Origin: an uncultured Pelagibacteraceae bacterium
GTDB taxonomy: Bacteria > Pseudomonadota > Alphaproteobacteria > Pelagibacterales > Pelagibacteraceae
Direction of reading: 5' to 3'
Assembly: GCA_902566975.1 (NCBI GenBank)
Contig: CACFLA010000005.1
Coordinates: forward strand, 8,375 to 72,374
Length of the DNA stretch: 64,000 nucleotides
Part shown: positions 40,701 through 49,143 of the stretch, piece by piece
Position numbering within the stretch: the stretch's first letter is position 1
How the letters are laid out: each line of letters starts with the position of its first letter
Translations under genes and position numbers: made by a program
The notes under the pieces: model-generated
What the model saw: the letters and a program-made list of their open reading frames with translations, nothing else
Database searches by the model: none
What the model was told of the DNA's origin: nothing

Positions 40701-40777
40701 TGGTACAGCAGGGTGGATTCGAACCACCGACCCCTAGTTCCACAAACTAGTGCTCTAACCAACTGAGCTACTGCTGC
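40701..40777 (-). tRNA. tRNA-His (anticodon GUG), CCA encoded, no encoded G-1
   Basis: Hand-folded cloverleaf: GCAGCAG-TA-GCTC-AGTTGGTTA-GAGC-A-CTAGT-TTGTGGA-ACTAG-GGGTC-GGTGG-TTCGAAT-CCACC-CTGCTGT-A-CCA. All stems pair. It has G1-U72 and A73; position -1 is T. Confidence 0.92.
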
Positions 40778-40954
40778 ATAACTCCTTTTTATATTAATTA
40801 TTTATAAATTTGTATTTTAAATATGTTGAGATTTAGCTAAGCAAAAGCCTAGCGTGCACTCTGTGAGAGTGTGAGTGTAATTTAGCAATGATATTTCGAC
40901 TTTTCATTAATATTGGTGTTTTAACAAATTCAAAATTAAATTCAACCCCTGATT

Positions 40955-40992
40955 ATTGGGACAAAAACATAAATCTTAGTCTTTGTCCCAAT
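40955..40992 (-). terminator. Hairpin downstream of the csp gene (possible terminator)
   Basis: ATTGGGACAAA-N16-TTTGTCCCAAT, an 11-bp perfect stem 25 nt after the csp stop. The trailing sequence is A/T-rich but not a clean U-tract. Confidence 0.4.
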
Positions 40993-41017
40993 TGATTATT
41001 TTGCTGGTAATTAAGAT

Positions 41018-41224
41018 TTAAGATTTCTGTAGATTTACCGCGGCAGGTCCTTTTTCTCCGTTCTCTACATCAAAAGTAAGCTCATCACCTTCGTTTAAAT
41101 GTTTTAAACCAGCTGCTCTTACTGCTGAAGAATGAACGAAAACGTCCTTTTCCTTATCTTCTCTTTCAATAAAACCATAACCTTTAGTTCCATTGAACCA
41201 TTTTACTTTTCCTTTTAGACTCAT
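41018..41224 (-). CDS. cspA: Cold-shock protein (CspA family)
   Basis: [14 protein letters not shown] and [12 protein letters not shown] motifs. Confidence 0.93.
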   Translation of the reverse strand: MSLKGKVKWFNGTKGYGFIEREDKEKDVFVHSSAVRAAGLKHLNEGDELTFDVENGEKGPAAVNLQKS

Positions 41225-41290
41225 TTTTTTCTTCCTTATTTATTAACTTAATATTAGCTTTTTTAAAATTTAAAAAAAACCAATACGGCT

Positions 41291-41319
41291 CTTTAACTGA
41301 ATTAGAGAATAAATGTCAA
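41291..41319 (-). promoter_or_regulatory. Candidate sigma-70 promoter for csp
   Basis: Minus strand: TTGACA (41314-41319), 17 nt, TTAAAG (41291-41296). This would give a 5' UTR of about 60 nt. Confidence 0.3.
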
Positions 41320-41367
41320 GCTATTGATCGTTATAAATTAGAGAAAATCTGTTTTAATGCCCATTTA

Positions 41368-42480
41368 CTACACTAATAAGTAAAGAAATGCGGCTAATCC
41401 TAAGAACCCAAGGGTAATTAATGAAATACTTTTATTTTTATTAAAAAATCTAACAAGCTTATTATATCCTGGCTGAACATAGCTTAAACCCTGAAATGAC
41501 TCTGTGTTTGTCGATTTCTTAAAACCTTGGTCTCTCCCAATTTTTAAAAATCTATTTTTCCTGTGATCAAAAATTTGATCACCAGATAAATTTTCAAATC
41601 CCTCTAAATTTTTTAGAATTGATTTTTTAATTTCGTCAGCTATTTGATCTGTGTCTCTATGAGCTCCACCTATCGGCTCCGGTATAATTTCATCAATAAT
41701 TTTTAAATTTAATAATTCATCTGCTGTTAATTTCATTGCTTCGGCTGCCTCCAAAGACTTAGTAGGATCTCTCCAAAGAATAGAGGCACATCCTTCTGGA
41801 GAAATTACAGAATAAATTGAATGCTCTAACATTATAACTTTGTTTGATGAGGCTAGAGCTATCGCTCCACCAGATCCTCCCTCCCCAATGATTATGGATA
41901 TGTTCGGAACTTTTAATGACATACAACATTCTATTGAGTTAGCAATAGCAGTTGCCTGACCTCTTTGTTCAGCACCTATTCCAGGATAAGCACCTGGAGT
42001 ATCGATAAAAGATATTACAGGTATTCTAAATCGGTCTGCGAGTTTCATAAGTCTTATACATTTTCTGTATCCTTCGGGTTTCATCATTCCAAAGTTTCTT
42101 TCAAGCCTTGTATTTAAATTGTCTCCTTTTTCCTGACCTAAAATCAAAACAGATTTTCCTTCTATCAACCCAAAACCTGCTATGATTGATTTGTCTTCAG
42201 CAAAGAGTCTGTCGCCAGAGAGTAGTGTAAAGTTTGAAAAAATTTTTTTTATGTAAAAATTTGCTCTAGGTCTATCCTCGTGTCGTGCTACTTGAACTTT
42301 TTGCCAACTATTTAAGCTTGAATATGTTGATCTTAACTTTTCATTAATCTCATCTTGAATTTTTTCAATTTTTTTAGTGTCAACCTCTGAGATACCTTCC
42401 TTATCGAAAGGATTTTTGGAAGCATCTAAATCTTCTTCAAGATTTTTAATTTCTTTTTCAAAATCAAGGTAATTTTTCAT
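41368..42480 (-). CDS. accA: Acetyl-CoA carboxylase carboxyltransferase alpha subunit with a C-terminal hydrophobic extension
   Basis: FIDTPGAYPGIGAEQRGQ, IIGEGGSGGA, ISPEGCASILW motifs, plus an extra tail of about 54 aa ending in ISLITLGFLGLAAFLYLLV. Confidence 0.9.
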   Translation of the reverse strand: MKNYLDFEKEIKNLEEDLDASKNPFDKEGISEVDTKKIEKIQDEINEKLRSTYSSLNSWQKVQVARHEDRPRANFYIKKIFSNFTLLSGDRLFAEDKSIIAGFGLIEGKSVLILGQEKGDNLNTRLERNFGMMKPEGYRKCIRLMKLADRFRIPVISFIDTPGAYPGIGAEQRGQATAIANSIECCMSLKVPNISIIIGEGGSGGAIALASSNKVIMLEHSIYSVISPEGCASILWRDPTKSLEAAEAMKLTADELLNLKIIDEIIPEPIGGAHRDTDQIADEIKKSILKNLEGFENLSGDQIFDHRKNRFLKIGRDQGFKKSTNTESFQGLSYVQPGYNKLVRFFNKNKSISLITLGFLGLAAFLYLLV

Positions 42481-42577
42481 AAATTATTAAAAAAAAATAA
42501 TATATTTATTTTAATTAAATTTCAAATGTGTCAATAAAGTGTTGTTAAAACATTGTTAATTTGTTGTACTATCTAGA

Positions 42578-44722
42578 ATGGAAAAAATTAGTATTAGCGA
42601 TCTTAGTGTTGATGAGAATCTGGTAAAATTCATAAATGATGAGGCTATACCTGGTACAAATGTTGATGTTAAAAAATTTTGGGGTAACTTTAGCGAGGTT
42701 GTTAATAAGTTGGCCCCAAAAAATAGAAATTTAATTCAAAAAAGAGCTGAAATTCAAAAAAAGATAGATGAATGGCATATATCCAAAAAAGAATCTATTT
42801 TTGACAAAAAAGAGTACATTAATTTTTTAAAATCTATTGGGTATATCGTTGAAGAGAAATCTGATTTTAAAATTAGTACTTCTAATGTTGATCAAGAAAT
42901 CTCATCAATCCCTGGACCACAATTAGTTGTTCCCGTAGATAACGCAAGGTACGCCTTAAATGCTGCAAACGCCCGGTGGGGAAGTTTTTATGATGCCCTT
43001 TATGGCACCGATGTGATACCTGGGAAAACAAACAAAGGCTATGATGATGAAAGAGCAAAAAAGGTAATTAATTATTCAAGAGAATTTTTAGATAATATTT
43101 TTCCTATTACTGATGCTAGCTGGAAAGATATTACAAAAATTAAGTTAGAAGAAAAAAATTTAGCTCTTTTAATAAATGAAAAAAAGTTTTATCTAAAAAA
43201 TAAAAAACAATTTGTTGGTTTCAATGGTGAGGCTGAAAATTTAAACTCAATTCTTTTAAAAAATAATAATTTACACATTGATATATTGATCGATCCAAAA
43301 AGCGCTGTTGGAAAAAATGACAAAGCAGGTATATCTGACATAATTATTGAATCTGCTATATCCACTATAGTAGATAATGAAGACTCCGTTGCAGCAGTAG
43401 ATTCAAAAGATAAAGTAAAATGTTATAGAAATTGGCTTGGTTTAATGAAAGGCGATTTAAAAGCAGAAGTTCAAAAAAATAACAAAAAATTCACAAGAAA
43501 ACTTAACCCAGATAGAGTCTATAAATCTCCAGATGGATCGAAGATTACTTTACATGGAAGAGCTTTATTACTTAATAGAAATGTTGGTCATCTTATGACG
43601 AATCCTGCAATTATTTTAAACGATGGCTCAGAAATACCTGAGGGCATTATGGATGCTTTCTTTTCAACACTTTGTGCGCTACATGATTTCAAAATTAAAA
43701 AAAATTCAAGAACAAGTTCTGTTTACATAGTTAAACCAAAAATGCACGGACCAGAGGAAGTAGACTTTACCAATGAAATTTTTGAAAATGTTGAGAAAGT
43801 TCTTAACTTAAAAAAAAATACAATTAAAGTTGGAATAATGGATGAAGAAAGAAGAACTACGGTTAATTTAAAAGAATGTATACGGAAAGTAAAAGACAGA
43901 GTGGTTTTTATTAATACTGGATTTTTGGATAGAACTGGTGACGAGATGCATACATCTTTTGAAGCTGGTCCTATGATTTTTAAAGCTGATATGAAAAAAT
44001 CAACCTGGCTTAATTCTTATGAAAATTGGAATGTCGATATTGGTTTATCATGTGGCTTTTCGGGTAAAGCACAAATCGGTAAAGGAATGTGGGCAATGCC
44101 TGATAGAATGTCGGATATGATGCAACAAAAAATTAATCATCCAAATGCAGGAGCAAATTGTGCATGGGTACCTTCGCCAACAGCAGCAACACTTCACGCA
44201 ACACATTATCACAAAGTAGATGTATTTAAAAAACATGGTGAGATAAGTGAGAGAGGAAAGGCAGACTTAAAAAATATTCTTGAGATACCTAAAGCAGATA
44301 GACCAAACTGGTCGGTTGAAGATATTAATAAAGAATTGGAAAATAATGCTCAAGGAATATTAGGTTATGTTGTTAGATGGATCGATCAAGGAGTGGGTTG
44401 TTCAAAAGTGCCTGATATTAATAATATAGGTTTAATGGAAGATAGAGCGACTTTGAGAATATCATCTCAACATATGGCAAACTGGTTGCATCATAATATT
44501 TGTACAGAAGAACAGGTTATGAAAGTTTTAAAAAAGATGGCAGCAATCGTGGATCAGCAAAATTCGAAAGATAAAAATTACTTACCAATGTCGCAAAATT
44601 TTGAAAAATCATTTGCGTTTTCAGCTGCTTGTGACTTAATTTTTAAAGGTAGATCTCAACCTTCGGGTTATACTGAGCCATTATTACATAAGAAAAGGCT
44701 TGAGAAAAAATCTAGTCACTAG
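42578..44722 (+). CDS. glcB: Malate synthase G
   Basis: 714 aa. [15 protein letters not shown] and [13 protein letters not shown] motifs. Confidence 0.92.
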   Translation: MEKISISDLSVDENLVKFINDEAIPGTNVDVKKFWGNFSEVVNKLAPKNRNLIQKRAEIQKKIDEWHISKKESIFDKKEYINFLKSIGYIVEEKSDFKISTSNVDQEISSIPGPQLVVPVDNARYALNAANARWGSFYDALYGTDVIPGKTNKGYDDERAKKVINYSREFLDNIFPITDASWKDITKIKLEEKNLALLINEKKFYLKNKKQFVGFNGEAENLNSILLKNNNLHIDILIDPKSAVGKNDKAGISDIIIESAISTIVDNEDSVAAVDSKDKVKCYRNWLGLMKGDLKAEVQKNNKKFTRKLNPDRVYKSPDGSKITLHGRALLLNRNVGHLMTNPAIILNDGSEIPEGIMDAFFSTLCALHDFKIKKNSRTSSVYIVKPKMHGPEEVDFTNEIFENVEKVLNLKKNTIKVGIMDEERRTTVNLKECIRKVKDRVVFINTGFLDRTGDEMHTSFEAGPMIFKADMKKSTWLNSYENWNVDIGLSCGFSGKAQIGKGMWAMPDRMSDMMQQKINHPNAGANCAWVPSPTAATLHATHYHKVDVFKKHGEISERGKADLKNILEIPKADRPNWSVEDINKELENNAQGILGYVVRWIDQGVGCSKVPDINNIGLMEDRATLRISSQHMANWLHHNICTEEQVMKVLKKMAAIVDQQNSKDKNYLPMSQNFEKSFAFSAACDLIFKGRSQPSGYTEPLLHKKRLEKKSSH

Positions 44723-45320
44723 AAACTGGAACTCTATTTTTGAAAGCAGAAACCAAAGTACCGTCGTCTAATTGTTCAATTTCTCCTCCAACTGGCAATC
44801 CTTGTCCTAACTTTGATACTTTAATCTTGTTATTTTTTATAACATCCTCAATATAATGGGCGGTGGTTTGACCTTCAACAGTTGCGCTTGTAGCAATAAT
44901 AACTTCTTTCAAATTATTTTTTTTTACCCTTTTTACTAGTGAGTCTATTAATAAATTTTTCTTTTCGTATTTTTCATCTGAATTTAGTGTTCCTCCAAGA
45001 ATATGAAAGTATCCTTTGTAAATATTGGCAGACTCAATAACCCACATATCAGATAAGTTTTCAACAACACAAATTTTATCATAACTATTATTGTCTGTTT
45101 CACATATGCACTTTTGGTTTACTACTTTGAGATTCCCACAATCAATACATCGAGAAACATTTTTATAAACCGCAGCTAAAACTTTAGCTAAAGGCTTAAT
45201 CATATTTTCTTTATTATTAATTAATTTTAAAATAATTCTTTTAGCAGATTTAGGGCCTAGACCAGGTAGTTTTGAGAATTTTTTTATTAAATCTTCTATT
45301 TCTGGAATATTATTATTCAT
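44712..45320 (-). CDS. recR: Recombination protein RecR
   Basis: [10 protein letters not shown] HhH, C4 zinc finger (CIDCGN...CICE), Toprim region. Confidence 0.93.
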   Translation of the reverse strand: MNNNIPEIEDLIKKFSKLPGLGPKSAKRIILKLINNKENMIKPLAKVLAAVYKNVSRCIDCGNLKVVNQKCICETDNNSYDKICVVENLSDMWVIESANIYKGYFHILGGTLNSDEKYEKKNLLIDSLVKRVKKNNLKEVIIATSATVEGQTTAHYIEDVIKNNKIKVSKLGQGLPVGGEIEQLDDGTLVSAFKNRVPVSSD

Positions 45321-45641
45321 TTAAAACGGTAGTTTAAAATCAAGTGGAAAATTTGAAACTCCAGTTACTTTTAGAAGTTCCTCTGATGTTTTCTTTTTTA
45401 ATTTTTCTTTGGCATCATTATGTGCAGCAATTATAAGGTCATTAATAATTTCGTGTTTCTCATTTTTTGCATTCGGTGACAAAATAATTGATTTCATTTC
45501 ATAATCTCCTTTAAGTACAACTTTGACTAAGTTGCCCCCAGCAGCACCCTCAACTTCAATTTTTTTAATATTTTCCTGTACTTCTTTCATTTGTTCCTGA
45601 ACTTTTTTTGCCTTTGATAACATGTCTGAAAAATTAGTCAT
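45321..45641 (-). CDS. ybaB: Nucleoid-associated protein YbaB/EbfC
   Basis: 106 aa, MLSKAKKVQEQM...GAAGGNLVKV pattern. dnaX-ybaB-recR synteny. Confidence 0.85.
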   Translation of the reverse strand: MTNFSDMLSKAKKVQEQMKEVQENIKKIEVEGAAGGNLVKVVLKGDYEMKSIILSPNAKNEKHEIINDLIIAAHNDAKEKLKKKTSEELLKVTGVSNFPLDFKLPF

Positions 45642-47313
45642 TTTCTTCCTTTACATCGGTTAAATCAGCATCTGGAAATATACTTGAAATTTCTTTGTAT
45701 AAATTTGTATTTTTTTCATTTTCCAATAGTCTTTTCTTTTCATCCCTTTTTTCTTCCATAAAAGTTTTTCCACCATCTTCTTTACTGAGAGTTATTATCC
45801 ATCTTTTATTTGTCCATTTAAGTAAACTTTGGGACAATTTTTTAATAAAATTTTTATTTAATTTTTCGTTGAAATTAATATCAATTTTTCCATTTTCAAA
45901 TTTGATTAATTTTACATTTCTTTCTAAATCAAATTTGAGTTCAGCATCTTTTTCCTTACCAGCCATAAATATTAAATCTGTAAAAGACTTAATTTCAAAA
46001 TTTGAAGCTACCTCATTATTTTTTTTTTTGCTTTTTTCATTAAAAACCTTAATTTGTTCAACGCTTTTTAATTGTTGTTTAACTGGATTAACTAAATTTT
46101 GCTCGATATTTTTCTCTTCAATTTTTTTTTTTGATACTGGCTGTTCACTAATACTTTTCGTAGTTAAATCTTCAATCGTATCAGTGTCCTCAATATCTTT
46201 TATGTGCATTAATTGAATTAAGTACATCTCTAAAGCTGATTGTTCGCTTGATACTGTTCTTAAATCCTCAATTGTTTTAATGGTTAATTGCCAAAATAGT
46301 GCTAGGTCTTTAGTATTTAAGTTTTTACTATTTAACTCAATCAATTCTACCTCGTTCTCTGACAAAAAAAGATCTTTATCAATTGGGCCAAGATTTATTC
46401 TTCTACTTAATAGATATATAATCTCAAGAATATCATTCAAAAATAGTTTGCCGTCTAAACCATCATCGAAAATTTCTTTAAAAATCTTTAGTGTATTTTT
46501 TTGATCACCCTTAAATACAAAACCAAGTAAATTTATCAACTTAGATTTATCTACTAAACCTAACATATCTCTTACTTCTTTAGCATCAATTGCTTGATCA
46601 GGTTTTAGGCTTTGGTGAATTAATGTTCTATCAAGAAGAGAGACAGCATCTCTTACGGATCCTTCAGAGGCTCTAGAAATTATATTTAGCGCTTGCTCGG
46701 TTACATTCCCTTTCTCGATAGTGCATATTTCTTTTAAATGTTTTGAAATTGCAATTAAACTTACTCTTTTCAAATCAAATCTTTGACATCTCGACAAAAC
46801 TGTTATTGGGATTTTTCTAACTTCAGTAGTTGCTAAAATAAATTTAAGTTTTTCAGGAGGTTCCTCTAGTGTTTTTAATAAACCGTTAAATGCTTGTTTA
46901 GAAAGCATATGAACTTCGTCTATAATAAATATTTTATATTTTGCACTAGTTGGATTATATTTTGAATTTTCAATAAGTTCCCTTACATCATCAATACCAG
47001 TTTTTGATGCTGCGTCCATCTCAAGAACATCAATATGATTTGAATTTTCTATTTCCCTACAGTGACAAGTTTCTTTTTCACCGCACTTTTCATCTTTTTC
47101 AAAATTTTTAAAACAGTTCAATGCCTTTGCAATTAATCTAGCAGTTGTTGTTTTTCCAACACCTCTAATCCCTGTTAAAAGATAGGCATTAGGAGTTTTG
47201 TTCATTTTAATTGCATTTGAAATAGTTTCCGAGATTACTTCTTGACCTATTAATTCCTTAAAGGTACTCGGCCTGTATTTAAGTGCTAAAATTTTTGATT
47301 TATTTTTGTTCAT
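45634..47313 (-). CDS. dnaX: DNA polymerase III subunit tau (gamma/tau)
   Basis: LKYRP.TF..L.GQ, GIRGVGKTT, Zn-module Cys, SRCQRFDL. The K-rich linker contains two A11 tracts. Confidence 0.93.
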   Translation of the reverse strand: MNKNKSKILALKYRPSTFKELIGQEVISETISNAIKMNKTPNAYLLTGIRGVGKTTTARLIAKALNCFKNFEKDEKCGEKETCHCREIENSNHIDVLEMDAASKTGIDDVRELIENSKYNPTSAKYKIFIIDEVHMLSKQAFNGLLKTLEEPPEKLKFILATTEVRKIPITVLSRCQRFDLKRVSLIAISKHLKEICTIEKGNVTEQALNIISRASEGSVRDAVSLLDRTLIHQSLKPDQAIDAKEVRDMLGLVDKSKLINLLGFVFKGDQKNTLKIFKEIFDDGLDGKLFLNDILEIIYLLSRRINLGPIDKDLFLSENEVELIELNSKNLNTKDLALFWQLTIKTIEDLRTVSSEQSALEMYLIQLMHIKDIEDTDTIEDLTTKSISEQPVSKKKIEEKNIEQNLVNPVKQQLKSVEQIKVFNEKSKKKNNEVASNFEIKSFTDLIFMAGKEKDAELKFDLERNVKLIKFENGKIDINFNEKLNKNFIKKLSQSLLKWTNKRWIITLSKEDGGKTFMEEKRDEKKRLLENEKNTNLYKEISSIFPDADLTDVKEEND

Positions 47314-47320
47314 CGTTTCA

Positions 47321-47410
47321 GGAGACCAAACAACCCGCTTTCAAAAGTTCGTGCTGCTGTTGTTACACCCTGACACATTAAACATATCAAAATCGCCTGA
47401 ATGGCCTCCG
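47321..47410 (-). ncRNA. ffs: Candidate small (4.5S-type) SRP RNA
   Basis: Minus strand: GGAGGCC...GGTCTCC closes a roughly 90-nt imperfect hairpin. Near the apex, GUGU-CAGG-GUGUAACAAC-AGCA-GCAC matches the helix-8 symmetric-loop pattern (E. coli GGU-CAGG-UCCGGAAGGA-AGCA-GCC). It sits just upstream of dnaX, a common ffs position. Confidence 0.6.
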
Positions 47411-47414
47411 AATT

Positions 47415-47444
47415 ATTATATCAATATAAAAATCAATTCTACAA
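47415..47444 (-). promoter_or_regulatory. Candidate promoter for ffs (and possibly dnaX-ybaB-recR)
   Basis: Minus strand: TTGTAG (47439-47444), 18 nt, TATAAT (47415-47420), 5 nt before the GGAGGCC 5' end. Confidence 0.35.
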
Positions 47445-47468
47445 GACATGTTTACTAAAATTTGTGGA

Positions 47469-48314
47469 CTACTTCTTTTGCCTAAAAGCAGCTGCTTCGT
47501 AAACACCTAAAATATCCAAGCTTTCTGTATGAAAACCCAACTCCTCTAAAGCTTTTTGAACTGAGGAGTCCTCAATATGTCCCTCCATATCAAGATAAAA
47601 ATTTGTTTGATCAAATGTATTCTTAACAGAAAAACTCTCCAATTTTGTTAAATTCACCTGGTTAGTTGCAAAGCCTCCTAAACACTTATAAAGAGCAGCT
47701 GGAATACTTTTTAATCTGAAAATACAGCTTGTAATATATTTTTTATTCTTAATATTTTCTGGTTGATTTACTTTTTTACCCATTATTAAAAATCTAGTTA
47801 CGTTTCCGGTATCGTCCTCGATATTTGATTTTAAGATTTTAAGATTATAAATTTTTGCAGATAATTTAGACGCTATAGCAGCTATAGATTTATCATTACC
47901 TGTTGAAAGATCTTTAGCTGAACCAGCGGTGTCAGCTGAAATAATAGTTTTAAATTTATTTTTAGATATGATTTTTTGACATTGATCTATAGCTTGAACA
48001 TGGCTTCGTACATATTTAATATCTTTTAGTTCAGTCCCTTCCTTCACCAAAAGATTGTGTTCAACATTTTGAAAGTGTTCTGAATAAATTTGAAGTTTAT
48101 ATTTTGTTAATAAATAATGTATATCAGCAACTCTTCCAGCTAAAGAATTTTCAATTGGAACCATTATTTTAACATTCTCATCTTCTGAAGCCATCTTAAA
48201 AGTTTCCTCAAAAGTGGCACAAGTCTTTATAGTTGCTTGTGGAAATATTTCTTCACAAGCTAAGTGTGAATAGGCACCTTTCTCACCTTGAAATGCAACA
48301 ATTTCCTTGGTCAT
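47469..48314 (-). CDS. pheA: Prephenate dehydratase
   Basis: PDT domain (FQGEKGAYSH, ENSLAGRV) plus a C-terminal ACT domain (TRFLIMG). Confidence 0.85.
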   Translation of the reverse strand: MTKEIVAFQGEKGAYSHLACEEIFPQATIKTCATFEETFKMASEDENVKIMVPIENSLAGRVADIHYLLTKYKLQIYSEHFQNVEHNLLVKEGTELKDIKYVRSHVQAIDQCQKIISKNKFKTIISADTAGSAKDLSTGNDKSIAAIASKLSAKIYNLKILKSNIEDDTGNVTRFLIMGKKVNQPENIKNKKYITSCIFRLKSIPAALYKCLGGFATNQVNLTKLESFSVKNTFDQTNFYLDMEGHIEDSSVQKALEELGFHTESLDILGVYEAAAFRQKK

Positions 48315-49048
48315 TGTTTTTCCATATTTTGTTTAATTTCTTGTAAATCTTTTTCTGTATCAACACTTAAAGGTAATGAATTGGCAAGTCCAACATGAAT
48401 TTTCATATTATTATCTAACACTCTCATTTGCTCTAAATTTCTTTCTAATTCTAACTTACTTCTTTTAAGATTTACATACTTTATTAAAGCTTTATTAGTA
48501 AATCCATAAATCCCGATATGATGATAAATAAAATTATTTTGTTTAGAAGTAATATTTCTTTGAAAATCTAAAGCTTCAGAAAAGTTTGACTTTTTAAGAT
48601 CTTCTTTTGTAAAAACTTTCACTACATTTTTATCTTCAATTTCTTCATCATTTTTAATAGATGCAGCTAAAGTAACAACATCGCAAAGACCTTTGTTTAG
48701 ATAATTGCTTAGCGATATAATCTCTTTTGGATCTAAATTCGGCATATCTCCTTGAAGATTAATTACAAATTCAGGTTTATTTGAGTAATAATTTTCGAAT
48801 ACTTCGAAAATTCTATCCGTTCCAGTTTCATGAGTTTTATTTGTTAAAAAGGATTTGCCACCGTTTTTTTCAATTAATTCAAAAATTTTCTTATCTGGTG
48901 TTGCCACCACAACTTCTCCTACACCAGATTTAATAGCTAAATTTAAAACATGTAAAATCATCTCTTTTCCTTTAATAATTTTTAATGGTTTTTCTGGAAG
49001 CCTTTTAGCTTGTAAACGTGACGGAATAATAATTACTGTTCTTGACAT
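48311..49048 (-). CDS. kdsB: 3-deoxy-manno-octulosonate cytidylyltransferase
   Basis: IIPSRLQAKRLPEKPL, TGTDRI, LQGDMP motifs. Confidence 0.9.
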   Translation of the reverse strand: MSRTVIIIPSRLQAKRLPEKPLKIIKGKEMILHVLNLAIKSGVGEVVVATPDKKIFELIEKNGGKSFLTNKTHETGTDRIFEVFENYYSNKPEFVINLQGDMPNLDPKEIISLSNYLNKGLCDVVTLAASIKNDEEIEDKNVVKVFTKEDLKKSNFSEALDFQRNITSKQNNFIYHHIGIYGFTNKALIKYVNLKRSKLELERNLEQMRVLDNNMKIHVGLANSLPLSVDTEKDLQEIKQNMEKQ

Positions 49049-49143
49049 TATAAAATTGTGCGTCTCAAGGACGCAATGATGTTAAATTTATTTAAAGTTT
49101 TTTTAATAAACTCATGATATATAATTAGTTAATTATCAAATTT

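Noticed and set aside
40697-40762. A 22-aa N-terminal extension of the hisS ORF (MVRALVCGTRGRWFESTLLYQK).
   Set aside because: It is a translation straight through the tRNA-His gene. The MVKDKK start at 40696 matches HisRS N-termini.
40775-40792. A perfect SD-like AAGGAG followed by ATG-CAG-CAG-TAG (mini-ORF MQQ*) overlapping the 5' end of tRNA-His on the minus strand.
   Set aside because: A three-codon ORF whose codons are the tRNA acceptor stem is most likely coincidence. There is no way to support it from sequence alone.
40856-40880. A CIRCE-like element GCACTC-N11-GAGTGTAA.
   Set aside because: The half-sites are degenerate and the spacer is 11 nt rather than 9. It is not upstream of a chaperone gene. 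It is treated only as part of the GC-rich hairpin island.
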